DNA from: Laetmonice hystrix
Taxonomy: Eukaryota
Assembly (NCBI GenBank): GCA_965235115.1
Contig: OZ249438.1
Span: 13,206,001 to 13,270,000 of the forward strand
Direction: 5' to 3'
DNA length: 64,000 nt
Part shown: positions 1 to 13,100 of the stretch, piece by piece
How the letters are laid out: each line of letters starts with the position of its first letter
How positions within the stretch are numbered: position 1 is the stretch's first letter
Translations under genes and position numbers: made by a program
Notes under the pieces: generated by a model
The model's database searches: none
Seen by the model: only the letters and a program-made list of their open reading frames with translations
Told to the model about the DNA's origin: nothing

Positions 1-492
1 TATAATCGTACGACAGTTGTCCTCACACTACACGATTTGCTGCGTTTTCCTACGATAACTTCCTATGACACGATAACACAAAGTGTTGGGAAGTTTCTGG
101 TCATGTCACCTGGAAAATGGAACGAGCAGGGTGGGAAAATGAGGTGCGCGTGCAGAGAGTTTAATATGTGCGATACGACAAGAAACCCACCGATTTCCTA
201 CAATAGGGCAGCGATTCTCCAAGATTTTTCACAGCACGATTTTTGTCTACGACAGGACAAGACGGGTGTTCTCACACATTACGATTTTCTACGACACGAC
301 AGGAAAAACTGTCGTGCGAGAAAAAAATTGTCAACATGTTGAAAACCCCACGACACGTCCTGTAGGATCATGTTGGCCAACCTCTCAGACTTTCCGATAA
401 CCACCGACAACACACGAAAATTGGTTTTGTCTTGTCGTATCTCACACATTCTTGTCGTATCGTAAGAAAATCGTGTAGTGTGAGGCAGGCTT
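1..492 (+). mobile_element. Harbinger-like MITE family A (5'-truncated by the window edge)
   Basis: Right end tcgtgtagtgtgaggcaggct|tta; same family at 32287-32842, 32851-33200, 34441-34666 and 42200-42722. Confidence 0.7.
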
Positions 493-3381
493 TACTCGTT
501 AGAATTGTTCTAGAACCTTTTGGTAGGTAGGGACTGTTACTTTAAGTATAAGTTTCACAAGCTGGTAGGATGGCCGTAATCAACTTTAGCGAAGAGTTCT
601 GAAATTCTAGTGTGATACTCGCCTGGGTCTCTGCCTAAAATTGTAAGCTTTCAAAAGTTTCTGTACGTAATGCATCAGGATTAGAACTTCATTCGTGTTA
701 AGAAATATGCCAAGAAGGTTTCATAAAACTATTATGCTCTGGGAACCGAACTAATGTAACGTCTTAATCATGTCCCTGTGATCTTATCACATGGTAACTT
801 TTCGTTCTCCCTTACCGTTGGCCCGTAGCCTTGACATTCTTCCTGTGGGTTCATCTGTGTTGTTTGCCTGAGTGTGTTACATACCATTTTCCGTTTCGCT
901 GTCCCTGCTATTGCTGTGGCAATCTGTTTATAAACGGTACCCGTCACGCCTGCCACATTTCCGCCGTCTTTGTTTCACCACATATTGGGAGGGGTGCCTT
1001 GAGTCTGTCATCTCTCTACGTTTTCATTCATATTGCCTATCTGCCATCCAGTACTCTGGCCAGAGTTGTATAGTGCCCTGCGCTCTATAACACGAGTGGC
1101 TAAGCTACTAAGGCCATACTATAGAGTATACACGGGAGACGTGGTATGAGAATAATATTATAACATCCCGGATATGAGCAAGTGGGCCACCGTTATTTTC
1201 GCGTCGGAAAGAAGTGTACTCTATATAGCATCATCTTCGTAATGGACCAAGTCCGTATTGACCATTGTACGTACGTATAGAGAGACATAGTCTCAGTCTC
1301 GGCAGCGTTGAACAACTTAGTCCGCCTACTTTTTTATTATTTTTTTTACTTGATGTAATTCTCCTAGCAGCCAGGTTGGGACCGTTCTGGTTTTCTGAAT
1401 TGATTTCTGGCCCGTCCTTTCCTCTCAGCGCCTGATAAGGGAGTTACGATAGCTCAGAGAGAGTTGTGATGGATGGCAGCCGGACAGCGTGTTAAATGTG
1501 GCCGTGAACGATATGGTCGGCCTGATGATAATGTGCCGTTCACCCGGAGACTACGCAGGGGTCGCTGAGAAACGGACCCCGGAGATAATAAATTATGCTT
1601 GCCAAATAATCTTTCCTCAAGATAACGATACGGTTTGGTTTGATGTGCATTATATATATGGTCTTCATATTACGAAGGGTGCTGCTAGCGAAACGTTTTT
1701 TTGTTATCGCTTTCGCCTCCAGTAGATCGAGTCCCGATTTCATATACTACTTAGGTATTTTTCAAAAACGTAATATGAGTTTTTACGCAGTTAAAATGAG
1801 CCGGCATCTGCTTCTGTCCCATCAGCATTTTCTAATGGGATGACGCAGGGCGTACTTAAACTGAATGGCTTTATCTGTCGATATTGTGAGGAGTGCCTCG
1901 CAAGAATAGAAATGTACACCATTGTTGTCCCAGTATATACGCTGACAGGACAACATGGAGAGGTCGGATGGCTTACCTATAGGGTAACGTGACCTAGATA
2001 TGTGATAAGACTGTGATAAACGGGATCTAGTCTTGTAGTCGTTGTTGCACATGGTTTGCCTGTATAGCAGATTCTTGACGTCTGCACGACGTGTCATTGG
2101 ACCCATATTATGAATTCGTGTGCTCGGCACAGAACTTGAGCATTGTAGGGTTGGCGCTTTTGATACAACGTCAGATTTGGAACCCCTATTAGGATAGGAT
2201 GTATATGTCTTGTTAGCAAGTTTAATTTAGCAGTACTGAGGCAATATTGGCGGACGTTCAACGGTCTTTTTCAGGAGTTGCTATTAATTTTGAAGACTAC
2301 GTTAAATTTGGTTTTGTATATAGGCAGAATCTACGTCATATCTCGCTAATGTGGAAGCAGGGTTGTAACCTTCACAAGGTTTTGCTGAATTTGAAGGTTT
2401 GCTGTTTGGTGGTTGGTTGGATGTTTCCATGGTGACGACTCGGAGACATTTATATCTTTCCGAATCATGGAGCGAAAAAAAGTCTTTAGCCGCCTGGGCT
2501 GAGACATGAGCAGCGTTAGTGCGACATCACCGAATCGAACCGTTTTTGTCCATTTCTCTCTCTCTGTGTCCCTCCGAGTGAAGCGAACCCCATTCACAGC
2601 GTGTTTTTGTTCGCTCCATCAAACTGCGATCTCAGTCTCAGACTGAGGAATCATTTCACGACCTGGGAGCTTGTGTGCAAAAAAAAGTTTCCCTTTAGAT
2701 CGAGTTCCGAACCTCTCAGCGAAATCGAAGCAAATCGTCGTCTGCTCTCGGGAATATCGATGTCGTATAAAAGGTTCCAAGTAAAGTGCAGTCCATAGCA
2801 GCAGGTGTCGGCCAGGCTTGGATACTGGGTTTTATTTGATTGTATTTTGGGGGGACTTAAAGGATTATTTCAACACGTGCTTGGAATGGAAAGATATGGA
2901 AAAAGCGAGCGGGGTGATTACATAATATTATCTACTGCCCGTTTCGTTGTATGCGTGATTCGCATCGCAAGGCAGACCGACCTGAGAACGTGCGATCTTC
3001 TGAGATTGATCACTTGAGAGCCGAGGTTCATTGAATCCGCACTCTTTATGAGATAAAACACGCTCAGGGTTGTATTGAGAGTCCAGCCCTGGACCGGCGC
3101 TGGTTATTGCTGGGTTTTGTGAGGAAGAATTGCACAGATTGTTAGAAGAAAAAGCTGAGGGGTGGTCCCAGGCGCTGCCAACATGCCCCAACATTGGACA
3201 TTGCTTGGACCGCTTCTATTGACTGCGACGCCAATACCGTGTTCTTGTGGAAGTGTTACTTTAGCCTGTCAATAAATCCAAGGCGGATGGTTGCATATCT
3301 GACTGGATTGATGTCGGATTCTGGACACCGACATCGTTCGGAAAAATACCGAATGTACGTTCGCTGAGTTGAGAGGGTTAA

Positions 3382-3585
3382 GGGCCTGATCCACTAAGGC
3401 GATTTTCGTTGCGACGTCCATGCGATTTTGACCCTTTTATTTTACCCTGAGTTTGATATTAAAGGATGGACCCCATTTCCTGAAACGGAGAAGGCCAGTC
3501 AGGAAAGATTTCAGAGGGAAATTCCACCATTAAATCAAAAATCGCATGGCCGTCGCAAGGGGAATGGCCTGAGTGGATAGGGCCC
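3382..3585. mobile_element. GGGCC-ended MITE
   Basis: Imperfect TIR gggcctgatccactaaggc / gcctgagtggatagggccc with an internal inverted aaatcgcatgg segment. Confidence 0.55.
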
Positions 3586-4108
3586 AGCGTTTCCTTAGAG
3601 AACTCGCCGTATATCAGTGAGCTGTCGTTCCTTAAAACGGCTTCTGTCAGTAGGAGCTTGGTTAGTAGACGCTGGAACCTTTACAAAGACATCCCCCCTC
3701 TCCATCTCCTTTGCGGCTTATAAATGATTTCTCCAGTAGGCACTCCATCTGCAGAGGAGCCCGACACACCTAGTCGGGAGGGGGGGGGGGGGGTCCCAAT
3801 CTAGTTTGAGCTGGAGTGTATATGGTGGGTGTTTGGGGTATCGTCCCGCGCTGACGCCTTTAATATACAGACACTGGGCGTTCAGCGCCACGTGTTGTAG
3901 TAGTTGTTGAACAGTAGAGAGAGAGAGACAGACAGAGAGTGAGGCCCAGGGCGTCACAGCAGCGGCAGACAACCCTCACACACTGCGCGCTCCCTTCCCT
4001 CAGTGTCTTCCTCCAACTCTCCCCCTTCCCCGCACTCTACCGTCAATTGTCGACATGAAATTACCTCTCATCGCCAACCCGCTGACTTGCTGTCTTCATT
4101 CATTGCAG

Positions 4109-4145
4109 TGAGATCGACGAGGAGACAGGCATGTCGGATATCCAG
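4109..4145 (+). CDS. Calpain 37-nt exon at the end of domain III (xEIDEETGMSDIQ), phase 2 to 0
   Basis: cattgcag|TGAGATCGAC...ATCCAG|gtattg. The acidic EIDEE motif is typical of the calpain C2L/linker junction. Contains an in-frame ATG at 4131. Confidence 0.75.
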
Positions 4146-7100
4146 GTATTGTAACGTGCATTTTTATATTTTTGTCATCTTACGGGATCTTTGGGTTAAT
4201 GATGAGGGGTAGATCAGTTTTGGGGGGTGTATGTGTGTGTGTCTCTATACCCAGGTGCTAGAGTAGAAGCCGGTCGACATGTCGACGTTGTCTATCGCTC
4301 ACGCTGTCGTAGTTGCTATAGTCACCGGCCTCTAAAAGGTTTTAACCAGGCCGTCAAACCAGCATGAAGAGAGCACGGGGCTAGATTCACATTCACGAAT
4401 CACATTCAGTCCACTTTTTTTTGTTTCGACTGCTGTTATCGTTCTGTCGCTCTGTCTGTCATATATAGTGTCTGTCTCCAGTGATCCGTCCCCCTGTCCG
4501 TCTTATATAGTGTGTGTCTCCAGTGATCCGTCCCCCTGTCCGTCATATATAGTGTCTGTCTCCAGTGATCCGTCCCCCTGTCCGTCTTATATAGTGTCTG
4601 TCTCCAGTGATCCGTCCCCCTGTCCGTCTTATATAGTGTATGTCTCCAGTGATCCGTCCCCCTGTCCGTCTTATATAGTGTCTGTCTCCAGTGATCCGTC
4701 CCCCTGTCCGTCTTATATAGTGTCTGTCTCCAGTGATCCGCCCCCTGTCCGTCTTATATAGTGCCTGTCTCCAGTGATCCGTCCCCCTGTCCGTCTTATA
4801 TAGTGTCTGTCTCCAGTGATCCGTCCCCCTGTCCGTCTTATATAGTTTCTGTCTCCAGTGATCCGCCCCCTGTCCGTCTTATAGTGTGTGTCTCCAGTGA
4901 TCCGTCCCCTGTCCGTCTTATATAGTGTCTGTGTCCAGTGATCCGCCCCCTGTCCGTCTTATAGTGTGTGTCTCCAGTGATCCGTCCCCCTGTCCGTCTT
5001 ATATAGTGTATGTCTCCAGTGATCCGTCCCCCTGTCCGTCTTATATAGTGTCTGTCTCCAGTGATCCGACCCCTGTCCGTCTTATATAGTGTCTGTCTCC
5101 AGTGATCCGTCCCCCTGTCCGTCTTATATAGTGTCTCCGGTTGCATGTAGTGCCCGGTCTCTGCCACGGTTAAGCTGAGTGTCATCGATTACATCCAGGA
5201 ACAATACATTGATCTCATCACAAGAAACAGTACCATACCATATACATATATATACTACCCACCCTTCCGTTATCAATGAGAAGTTTGTACACCCTCTCTC
5301 GCCCCTTTTGTGGTGGGGCCAAGGATCGGTCATGTTGAACCGTGCCGTCATTCAATTAAAAGATACCTTGGACCTCGAATTTTATAACTTGTCCCGTTGC
5401 TGCCAGAATTCCACACACCCGTGTATGCGGGTGTCGGCCTATTGGTAAAATTATTTTGAAATTTGAAACTATTCCTGACAATACTAACAATAAACAATGC
5501 CCTTGTTCACTTTTGTATTACTGGAAAGTTTTCATTAAATCCTCGGTCAGATTGACACAATGACATGCGGGCATAATGGACACATGCAGGCATTTAGCCA
5601 GGCTGATCAGAAAATTGTAATTTATAAATATGAAATCGGTTGTGCGTCATTTTAGCATGTGGAAATTGGTAAGCAATTGTTTTCCACACGATTTCGTAAT
5701 TATTTAAGCACAATTCTTTGTGTAATACAAATTTTATATATATCAATACTCGCTGACACACCTATATTGTCAGACTACATGAAGACTACATTCAGTTACC
5801 ATCAAAAGACGAAGAAACAAACATAGCATCCCTAATAAGGAAACCCGACACGCTCCGGCATGTTCCCGGATGTAAATGCATCCTGGCATGCGCAGTAACC
5901 CCTGTATGTTGTCCGAACGCCAGAATGTTCTTTTGTCACGTTATGACGTCACGTTTGGTCGCGTCATTCAATCCAAACATGCGACAAAACAAGCGCATCA
6001 CGTTATCGTTATCTTTATGTTATTTATAGAACACCAAGGGGGACCACAGCACAGGGAAAACAGGGAAATTTGAAGAAATCTACAAAATGCAGGGGGAAAA
6101 CAGGGGGAATTAGGCGAATTCTAAAGGACATCGAATTATTGGATCAAATGGTGTTGGTTTGATTCAAGACGGTTGCCATATTTGATGAAAACGCCGATTA
6201 GCAGACTGACAGATCATAGGGAAAATTCATCGCAGTAGAGGGAAAACACAGGGAATTTGAGAATGTAATTTGTGTGGGTACCCTTAACATCGTCTCTCAC
6301 CGGTGTGAACGGTGGAAAAAAACACTTTTTCGTAAGGGAAATTCTTGGCATGAATATCCATACGATAAATTTCCGTTTTGGCGTAGCTGAATCTCTAACT
6401 AAGTACAAGTCGAGCATGAAATTCCACTCCAAGCTACCAATGTTTACGGTTGCCGCTATAACTATTAACCATTGTCTGCTATTTAAAGCGAGCGTGCTGT
6501 GATCCCTTGCCGTGAATCATTATGAGAATCATATCGCAATCTGATAGCTTCTGATTGTTCTGATTTCTTTATCTATGAAACTTCTGTTCTCCGGTTTCAT
6601 TGTATCTCTAACAGACACTCTTGGATTTTGTTTTTTTTCGTAGTGCCTGTTTGCATGCATGCGTTTTGAGCTTTGTTTTTTTTCCACTGTTTGGTCGTTT
6701 TAGCGCAAGCAGACCCCTTTCGTACCTGAGCCTCACTTTGGTTTGCCGTCACGCATGCTTGGTCAGCATGACAACCGTCCTCTCAACATCCCGGGCTATC
6801 GACCTGTAAGTACCCAAGGTCACCGCCAGGTGGTGTCCGTGGAGCTCTCTCCGAGGGGAGGGGTTTTTTATTGGACTTTCCGGGCTCTAACCATGGAACT
6901 GTTCCCTTACTAACTGTGGTACTGCCCTGCTTAACACTCATAATCCTTGCTAGATTGACAGTTGTATAGAATGTATTGTTGTATATATTATATTTCGCTT
7001 GAATTGCGTCGTTATTTTTAAAGGTGGTTAACTATTTGAACGTGGTGTTGGGAGGGTGGGGGTATCAAAGTATACCCAACGGTGTAGTTAATCTCTGGTC

Positions 7101-10100
7101 TTTATCGCGGACCTGGCGCTAGGCTCGTGTGCTGGACCAGTGCTAGCTGATATTGAGCTGGTACTGCAGTGTGTCTTGCTCCGGCTCGGTGGTAGTTCAT
7201 CTGTAAAGAAAGGAGAAAACACAGTCTTTGATGTAGAAAAAGGGCCGGGGTAGGCACTGTCTGGGTAGTCGTCACAAACACGTGACTGGTTGCGGCCAAT
7301 TATATTCTCTGTGACATAAAATGTGTATTTAAACTCGGATAAATATAAGGTTAAAACATTTTCATTCCGATAACGAATATTTTCACTACATTCTCAATCC
7401 TTGGCACAAACGGGCTTCCGTAGATATTGCCAACGTTTCATGTGAACGCTGCAACATGATCGCATTGATTCTGGTTGGACGATGGCGCCGGCATTCAAAT
7501 CCGAAATCGAGGCTGCTTCTCGATTTCAGCGTTTCTTGCCTGTCTAGCGGCATGGCGGAAACGTGGCATTATTCCCAGGGCATTGGGAATTCACAGATTG
7601 CGTTTGTGTTACTGATTAAAGGTGCGTGCAGAATTGTAATGTAAACCGGGTAGATCTTCTAACGACCTGGAATGGGGAGGGGAGTGGAGGACAGGGCCCG
7701 TTTTTTTTTGTTTACTTCTCCACCGTGAGCAAGGGTGAGCTGAGCTGAGCAAGGGTGAGCATAAGCTCATTCTCACCGTTTTCGCGTTTTTTTGGGGGTT
7801 GCTTTTTTCCATGAGGCGTGCTCATGGTGAGCAAGCTCGCGGAAAAACGCCCCAAAAAACGAAAACAGTGAGCAAAACGGTGAGCACGAGCTTCCGGTCA
7901 CCCTTGCTCAGCTCCGCTCACCCTTGCTCACGGTGGAAAAGTAAACACAAAAAAACCGGCCCCAGATGTAGCGTGTGGTTAGAGGTTAAGTAAAGTTGAC
8001 TTGATTTCGACAAGAGATGTTCCACAATACAGTCAGTACGGTTGTCTGTATGTGTGTGTGTGGGTGAGTGTGTGGGTGTGGGTGTGTTGTTAAGGATGTG
8101 TGAACCGTCCCTGCGTGAATGCGTGGTAGAGTATACGTGTGATTATAATTACAAGATGCCTATGTATAGGCTACGTCAGTAACTGTATATTGTTTTCTGC
8201 GTTCCATGTAGGTGGTAGAGTTGAAAGACGACGATGATGGTCGGGTAAGAACGACAATGCTCTGACCATGCTCTGATAAACTCTTGACCTTAACCCTGAC
8301 CTTCATAGGGCGCCTAAGTATGTCACGAGAATTCAAGAGATTTCGCGTTGTCGGGACAAGGAGCAGATAGCCTCGCTGGTTTAACATTGCGATGGCCATA
8401 GGGAACAGTGACAGTCAACTTTAAAATATTTTCATTCTGCAGTGAAGTCGCTGTTAATATTTAAACGTTACAATACATGATGGCTGGCATGTTTACTCTG
8501 GGATAAAGTTTGTTTTATAGTTTAGAAAGTTAGATTGTGAATATACGGGCTGGTTTTTGTAAGCCTGTCGGCCCTGTCAATGCTAATCCTATGGGAAATT
8601 TTTTGACGTCACAATCGCATGGCGCACGTTTGGTGCTATCGCGAGCTGGTTTGAGGCTATTTAACGTCATTTGCATAACCAGGTCACGAGACTTAGGCGC
8701 CCTATTGACCTTCATTCGCGTCTCTCAATGAAAGGGTCATTCCTCAACTTCTCATTCTACTCAGATAAAATATTTGACCTTTAACCTCCATGAATAATCT
8801 GGTTACTGTGACGGACAAGGTGATACGTTTTTAATTACTGGCTTTTGCTCCCATACCTTGTGAGAACACACCCTGTCTTGACTTGATATCACTCTAATTA
8901 TAGTAATTAAGTTAATTACTAGACGTACCAGAACTGGAAATTCTTTTCTGGTGTCGGCTACACATCCTTAGTAAGTTTATTAATGGACAAAACCAAGCTA
9001 CGTGTAGCAAACCGACATCGCTAATCCAAAAATTATCTCACCCAAGAACCTAATATTTCTAAAAATGATCTGCTGGTTTTTTTTTAAATATTTGCTTTGA
9101 AATTTTGATGAGTTTGCAAATTAATAATGTTCCTGCCAAGCATTTGAGCACGTTGTTTGGCTGATCGTTGGCCTGGAATACTGGCAATCAATTGCTTCTG
9201 ATAGGTCATCTACATTTTTACCCACAGTGATTTGATTTCGGTAATGAGATTACGAGGCATTTTGATAGAACACGTCACATGCCGTTTTCCATGTGATGTA
9301 TTGTATAATGAGTTTGACGACGCTTCCCGTTTTGATTTACAACCAGTTTCCCCACGTGCATGTCGTAGAGTATTTATTGGCTAACAGTAGCAGAGTCATC
9401 AAAAGTATCTAAAATATCCTGACAATGGATGCTAGTGCGTAAGTTGTTTTGCGAGTCGACGTTAAATCTGAGACCAGTGTAATATTTGGTGCAGACTTAC
9501 TTGTAAATGTTTTACATTGTAAATTTCAATGTTAAGTGATGTAAAGTGTGCAAAGTTGTGAAGGATGACGTGTGAGATGAAATCTATCGTGACCTATTTT
9601 CCTTTTCCGTTTCCTTTTCCACAAAGCCTTACTCACGACGCAATTTGTTGAATTTATCTTTCAGCTTGATTTGTTTGTTAATTAACATGTTTCACTTGTT
9701 GTTGAAATACTAAATCTGATGTCATTTTATTTTATTTGATGCAATGAACGTTATTTATTAATGTGCAGGGCTCGTGTTGGTCAGTGTTTGTCTTCCAGGA
9801 ACGAACGTTACGTCATTTTGCAGCAAAAACGTTACGTCATTTTGCAGCAAAAACGTTACGTCATTTCTCCCACCCCAAGCTATGATGACGACCGCGGTGG
9901 CGCCAAGGGCCGAGGAGGCCACTACTATGTCATCGGTGGTGGCGATGGGGGTGGTGGTCACAAGGGCGGTGGTGGTCACAAGGGCGGTGGTGGTCACAGG
10001 GGCGGTGGTGGTCACAAGGGCGGTGGCGGTATTGGATTTGAAGATTTTGGAGGAGGCGGCGGAGGTTATGGTGGTGGTGGCGGGTTTGGTGGCTTCGGAG

Positions 10101-13100
10101 GCGGCGGTGGCGGGTATGGTGGCTTCGGAGGCGGCGGTGGCGGGTTTGGTGGCTTCGGGTCCAGGTCCCATTTCGACACGGATTTCTTTTCAAGAGACTT
10201 TTCAGGCTTTATCTTCCAGGTAATTTCCCTTTCGCAAAACCAGTACAGTAAACCAAACAGACAAGGGAAGTGAGGTTTAAAACACAAGCAATCAGTGTAG
10301 TGTGTTTGACATATTACATGGAAGCATTTAAACCACTCTCCATGATGGACAATTTTCACTGGGTTATATTTATTTAAGGGCGATTATTTTTAACAGTGCA
10401 TTACGCAGTCGGCCGGAAGAGTTGTTTTCCTGACATTCTTCATTTAAAAAATAATTTGTCTTGTTTGAGAATAGACCGCATATTGCAGTCTATAGAGCGT
10501 TTGTGAAAACCGTAATTCATCGATTTCTATTAGAGGCAATGAAATTACGGATAAAAGGAGAGCCTTCTTTATACCTAACATCTGATTAAGAAAACAGAAA
10601 ACATGGAGGCCGTCACGTAATTATTGGAGGCCGTCACGTAATTATTGGAGGCCGTCACGTAATTATTGGAGGCCATCACGTAATTATTAGAGGCCATCAC
10701 GTAATTATTACAGGCCGTCACGTAATTATTGGAGGCTGTCACGTAATTATTGGAGGCCGTCACGTAATTTTTGGAGGCCATCACGTAATTATTGGAGGCC
10801 GTCACGTAATTATTGGAGGCCATCACGTAATTATTAGAGGCCGCTATGTACAATAATGTCCCTTCATTTTGTGTTATGGCACGAACGGGCTTCCTTAATT
10901 TTAGGAGAAATATGTCCGAAAGTCTCCGGGTTGCCTTGTCCAGTATTTAGATTTTCAAAATGCAGTATCTGATTATGTGCCGGTTGCAGGAACCCCCTGG
11001 GCCCGAGGCGGTCGAGGAGGGTATGAGACCAGTTGTGAGTACACAACTGTACTACAAGCCACATCGCTTGACAGACACTGCCATACTTACAAGTTGTATG
11101 TCTTGAAAGCATTGCGCCGACTGGCTTGATCTTGAACCTGCCGCGCTGGGGCCCACTTATCAACATCCTGTACGCCCTGTATATTCTGTTGCTGTGAAAC
11201 AATATGGCAGTTGGCCGGTTGCAAGAACATTTTGTGAAGTTAATCCCAAGAATGGCTTAACTTACTAACTAGCTTAGATGTAAGGTTGGGTATGGTTGGT
11301 AGTCATGTTTAACTGGATTCTATTGTGCTTGGGGAACGAAGTAAAGGCCAGCTTCCAAAAAAGACAAAAGGCTAAAAAAATTCTGACTTTCTGGTAACTG
11401 GGAAGAGGCGTAAATCTAAGGATTTGGTTAATCTCGAGACTAACTACATCCTTGGATCCGGCCAACAGTTGATACAGTAATTCTACTAAAACCGTATTCA
11501 TGGGAATTTAACAGACGTTTACTGGTTTCAGAAACCCGTTTCATGGCAACAGAAACGGGCTAGACAAGATTTCAAAGTTCAAACCAAAAAAAAAAAAAAT
11601 CAAAAGTTGAGACAGATAATTGGGCCCACCCTGTACCTCCGTGACGTTTTGGTTCCATCCGTCACTCAACCAACCAGCTATAGCATGAATTATACGATTT
11701 AATCTCACCGCACCCCCTCCCAGTATACTTCACAATAATCCTGTCTCCAATCCACCGTCTAATCCACCCACCTATCGGGCTATGTACATAATCTATCGCT
11801 AAACCCCTTAAGGCGATGCAGGAGTGTGAAGATTGCACTATCAGTGATCTCCTGAAGTGTTTGGTGTCGCAATATTTTACCGCCAGCGGCGAGGCAGCTG
11901 GCGAGGCATGATTCTGCGCATCTGCCGTTTTGTATACTTGGGGCCCCATTGTTGTTTTTTTTATATATATATTGATTAACATTGTCTTGGCAGGTGAGTG
12001 AGCTTGATGAGTTTCCTGCTAACTCAACGTTACGCCATTGGAGCTTTTGAACTGTTTGTGCTTTAGGGTCAGCCTCAGCACAAATGTGAGTAACGTGTTC
12101 ACAAAAAAGGAATGAAAAAGTTTGCGCCAATTTGGAAGTGTGAAAAGCGGGAAGATTAAATGGTATATTTAATGAATTACTAGAACAATGGTACTGATAC
12201 CGGTGGAGTATAATAGAGTTTTATGATATGTTTAAGCAGTTTTTTGCTGCAAAATGTACATAATATGAGTAACATCTTTATTGCAGTCATTAATGTCGGG
12301 TATAATTAATAGATATTAATGGTAATATGTAAATTACGTATTCATCTATATCGCACAATGCAGGGAGACGGTATAGCTTTCTGATTGCCTGACTTCAAGA
12401 ACAGCCAAACCTTTCATCAGCGCATCTCGATCTACTATAATGTATAAAGAATTTTCCGAACCCCAATCTGAGACATCGCTCCAATTCCAAGAACAGCGAC
12501 GTTCCCTATACATTCTCCTTTGACGAGAACAGTATTAATCCGCGCACTGATGATAAAGCAACATCCAGAGATTCGTACGGTGTTGTACTTCTGGGCCACC
12601 GTATAGAGTTGGGCTATTGTTGAAGTGAGGTATTCCATTATTGTTTCCATCTTGTGCCGTGTTTGACTCAAGTCTGTGTGGTCCACTGCAGAACGAGCCT
12701 CTACTGACTGCGATACACGTCGTAAGTAGAGTCGCCAGGCTGCAGACCAGCTCTGCTTTATCTTGGGTTCATTTGTGACCCTATATTAAAGACCCCGTAT
12801 AGCACAATGTCGTCGGGCCGACGTCGGTCCACTGGTGGCGAAGTTTGGCCGGGGTCATAATCCAGTTGCCGATTGAAAATTCCGACTGGTCGTTCGGCTG
12901 TTAAATGTAAAAGTTCCTAATACTACGTGCTCATGTACGCACCACAGGCCATGGTGGCTCGGAGATGGCCCAGCGACGGTGTGCTAAAGGATTCATCGTT
13001 GCTATATCAAAGTCACCTCCATCAAATTAATTGTTGTTTGCGAATTTTCTTTTTCTTGCAGTGCTACATAATTAACAGTTCGTGGACAGCAGATTTTCTA

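Noticed and set aside
495-3380. Search for upstream calpain catalytic/C2L exons and for meaning in the short ORFs here
   Set aside because: No calpain motifs or convincing exons recognised by eye; treated as intron with unclassified repeats.
4468-5185. Repetitive ORFs in the 42-bp array (SSDPSPCPSYIV / RRTGGRITGD repeats)
   Set aside because: A by-product of a unit length divisible by 3; no splice or start context.
5656-5668. 13-nt segment ttttag|CATGTGGAAATTG|gtaagc
   Set aside because: Frameshifting and too short to distinguish from chance.
9394-9438. 45-nt segment with AG and gtaagt ends
   Set aside because: Stop codons in all three frames.
9758-10359. Alternative-frame and antisense ORFs over the Gly exon (Val/Ala-rich, Thr-rich, poly-Pro, His-rich)
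   Set aside because: Expected shadows of GGN repeats; only the Gly frame meets the donor in the phase needed by the downstream exon.
12067-12085. 19-nt segment with good ctttag acceptor and gtgagt donor in the calpain intron
   Set aside because: Not a multiple of 3 and no compensating partner found; could be a poison exon but is unsupported.
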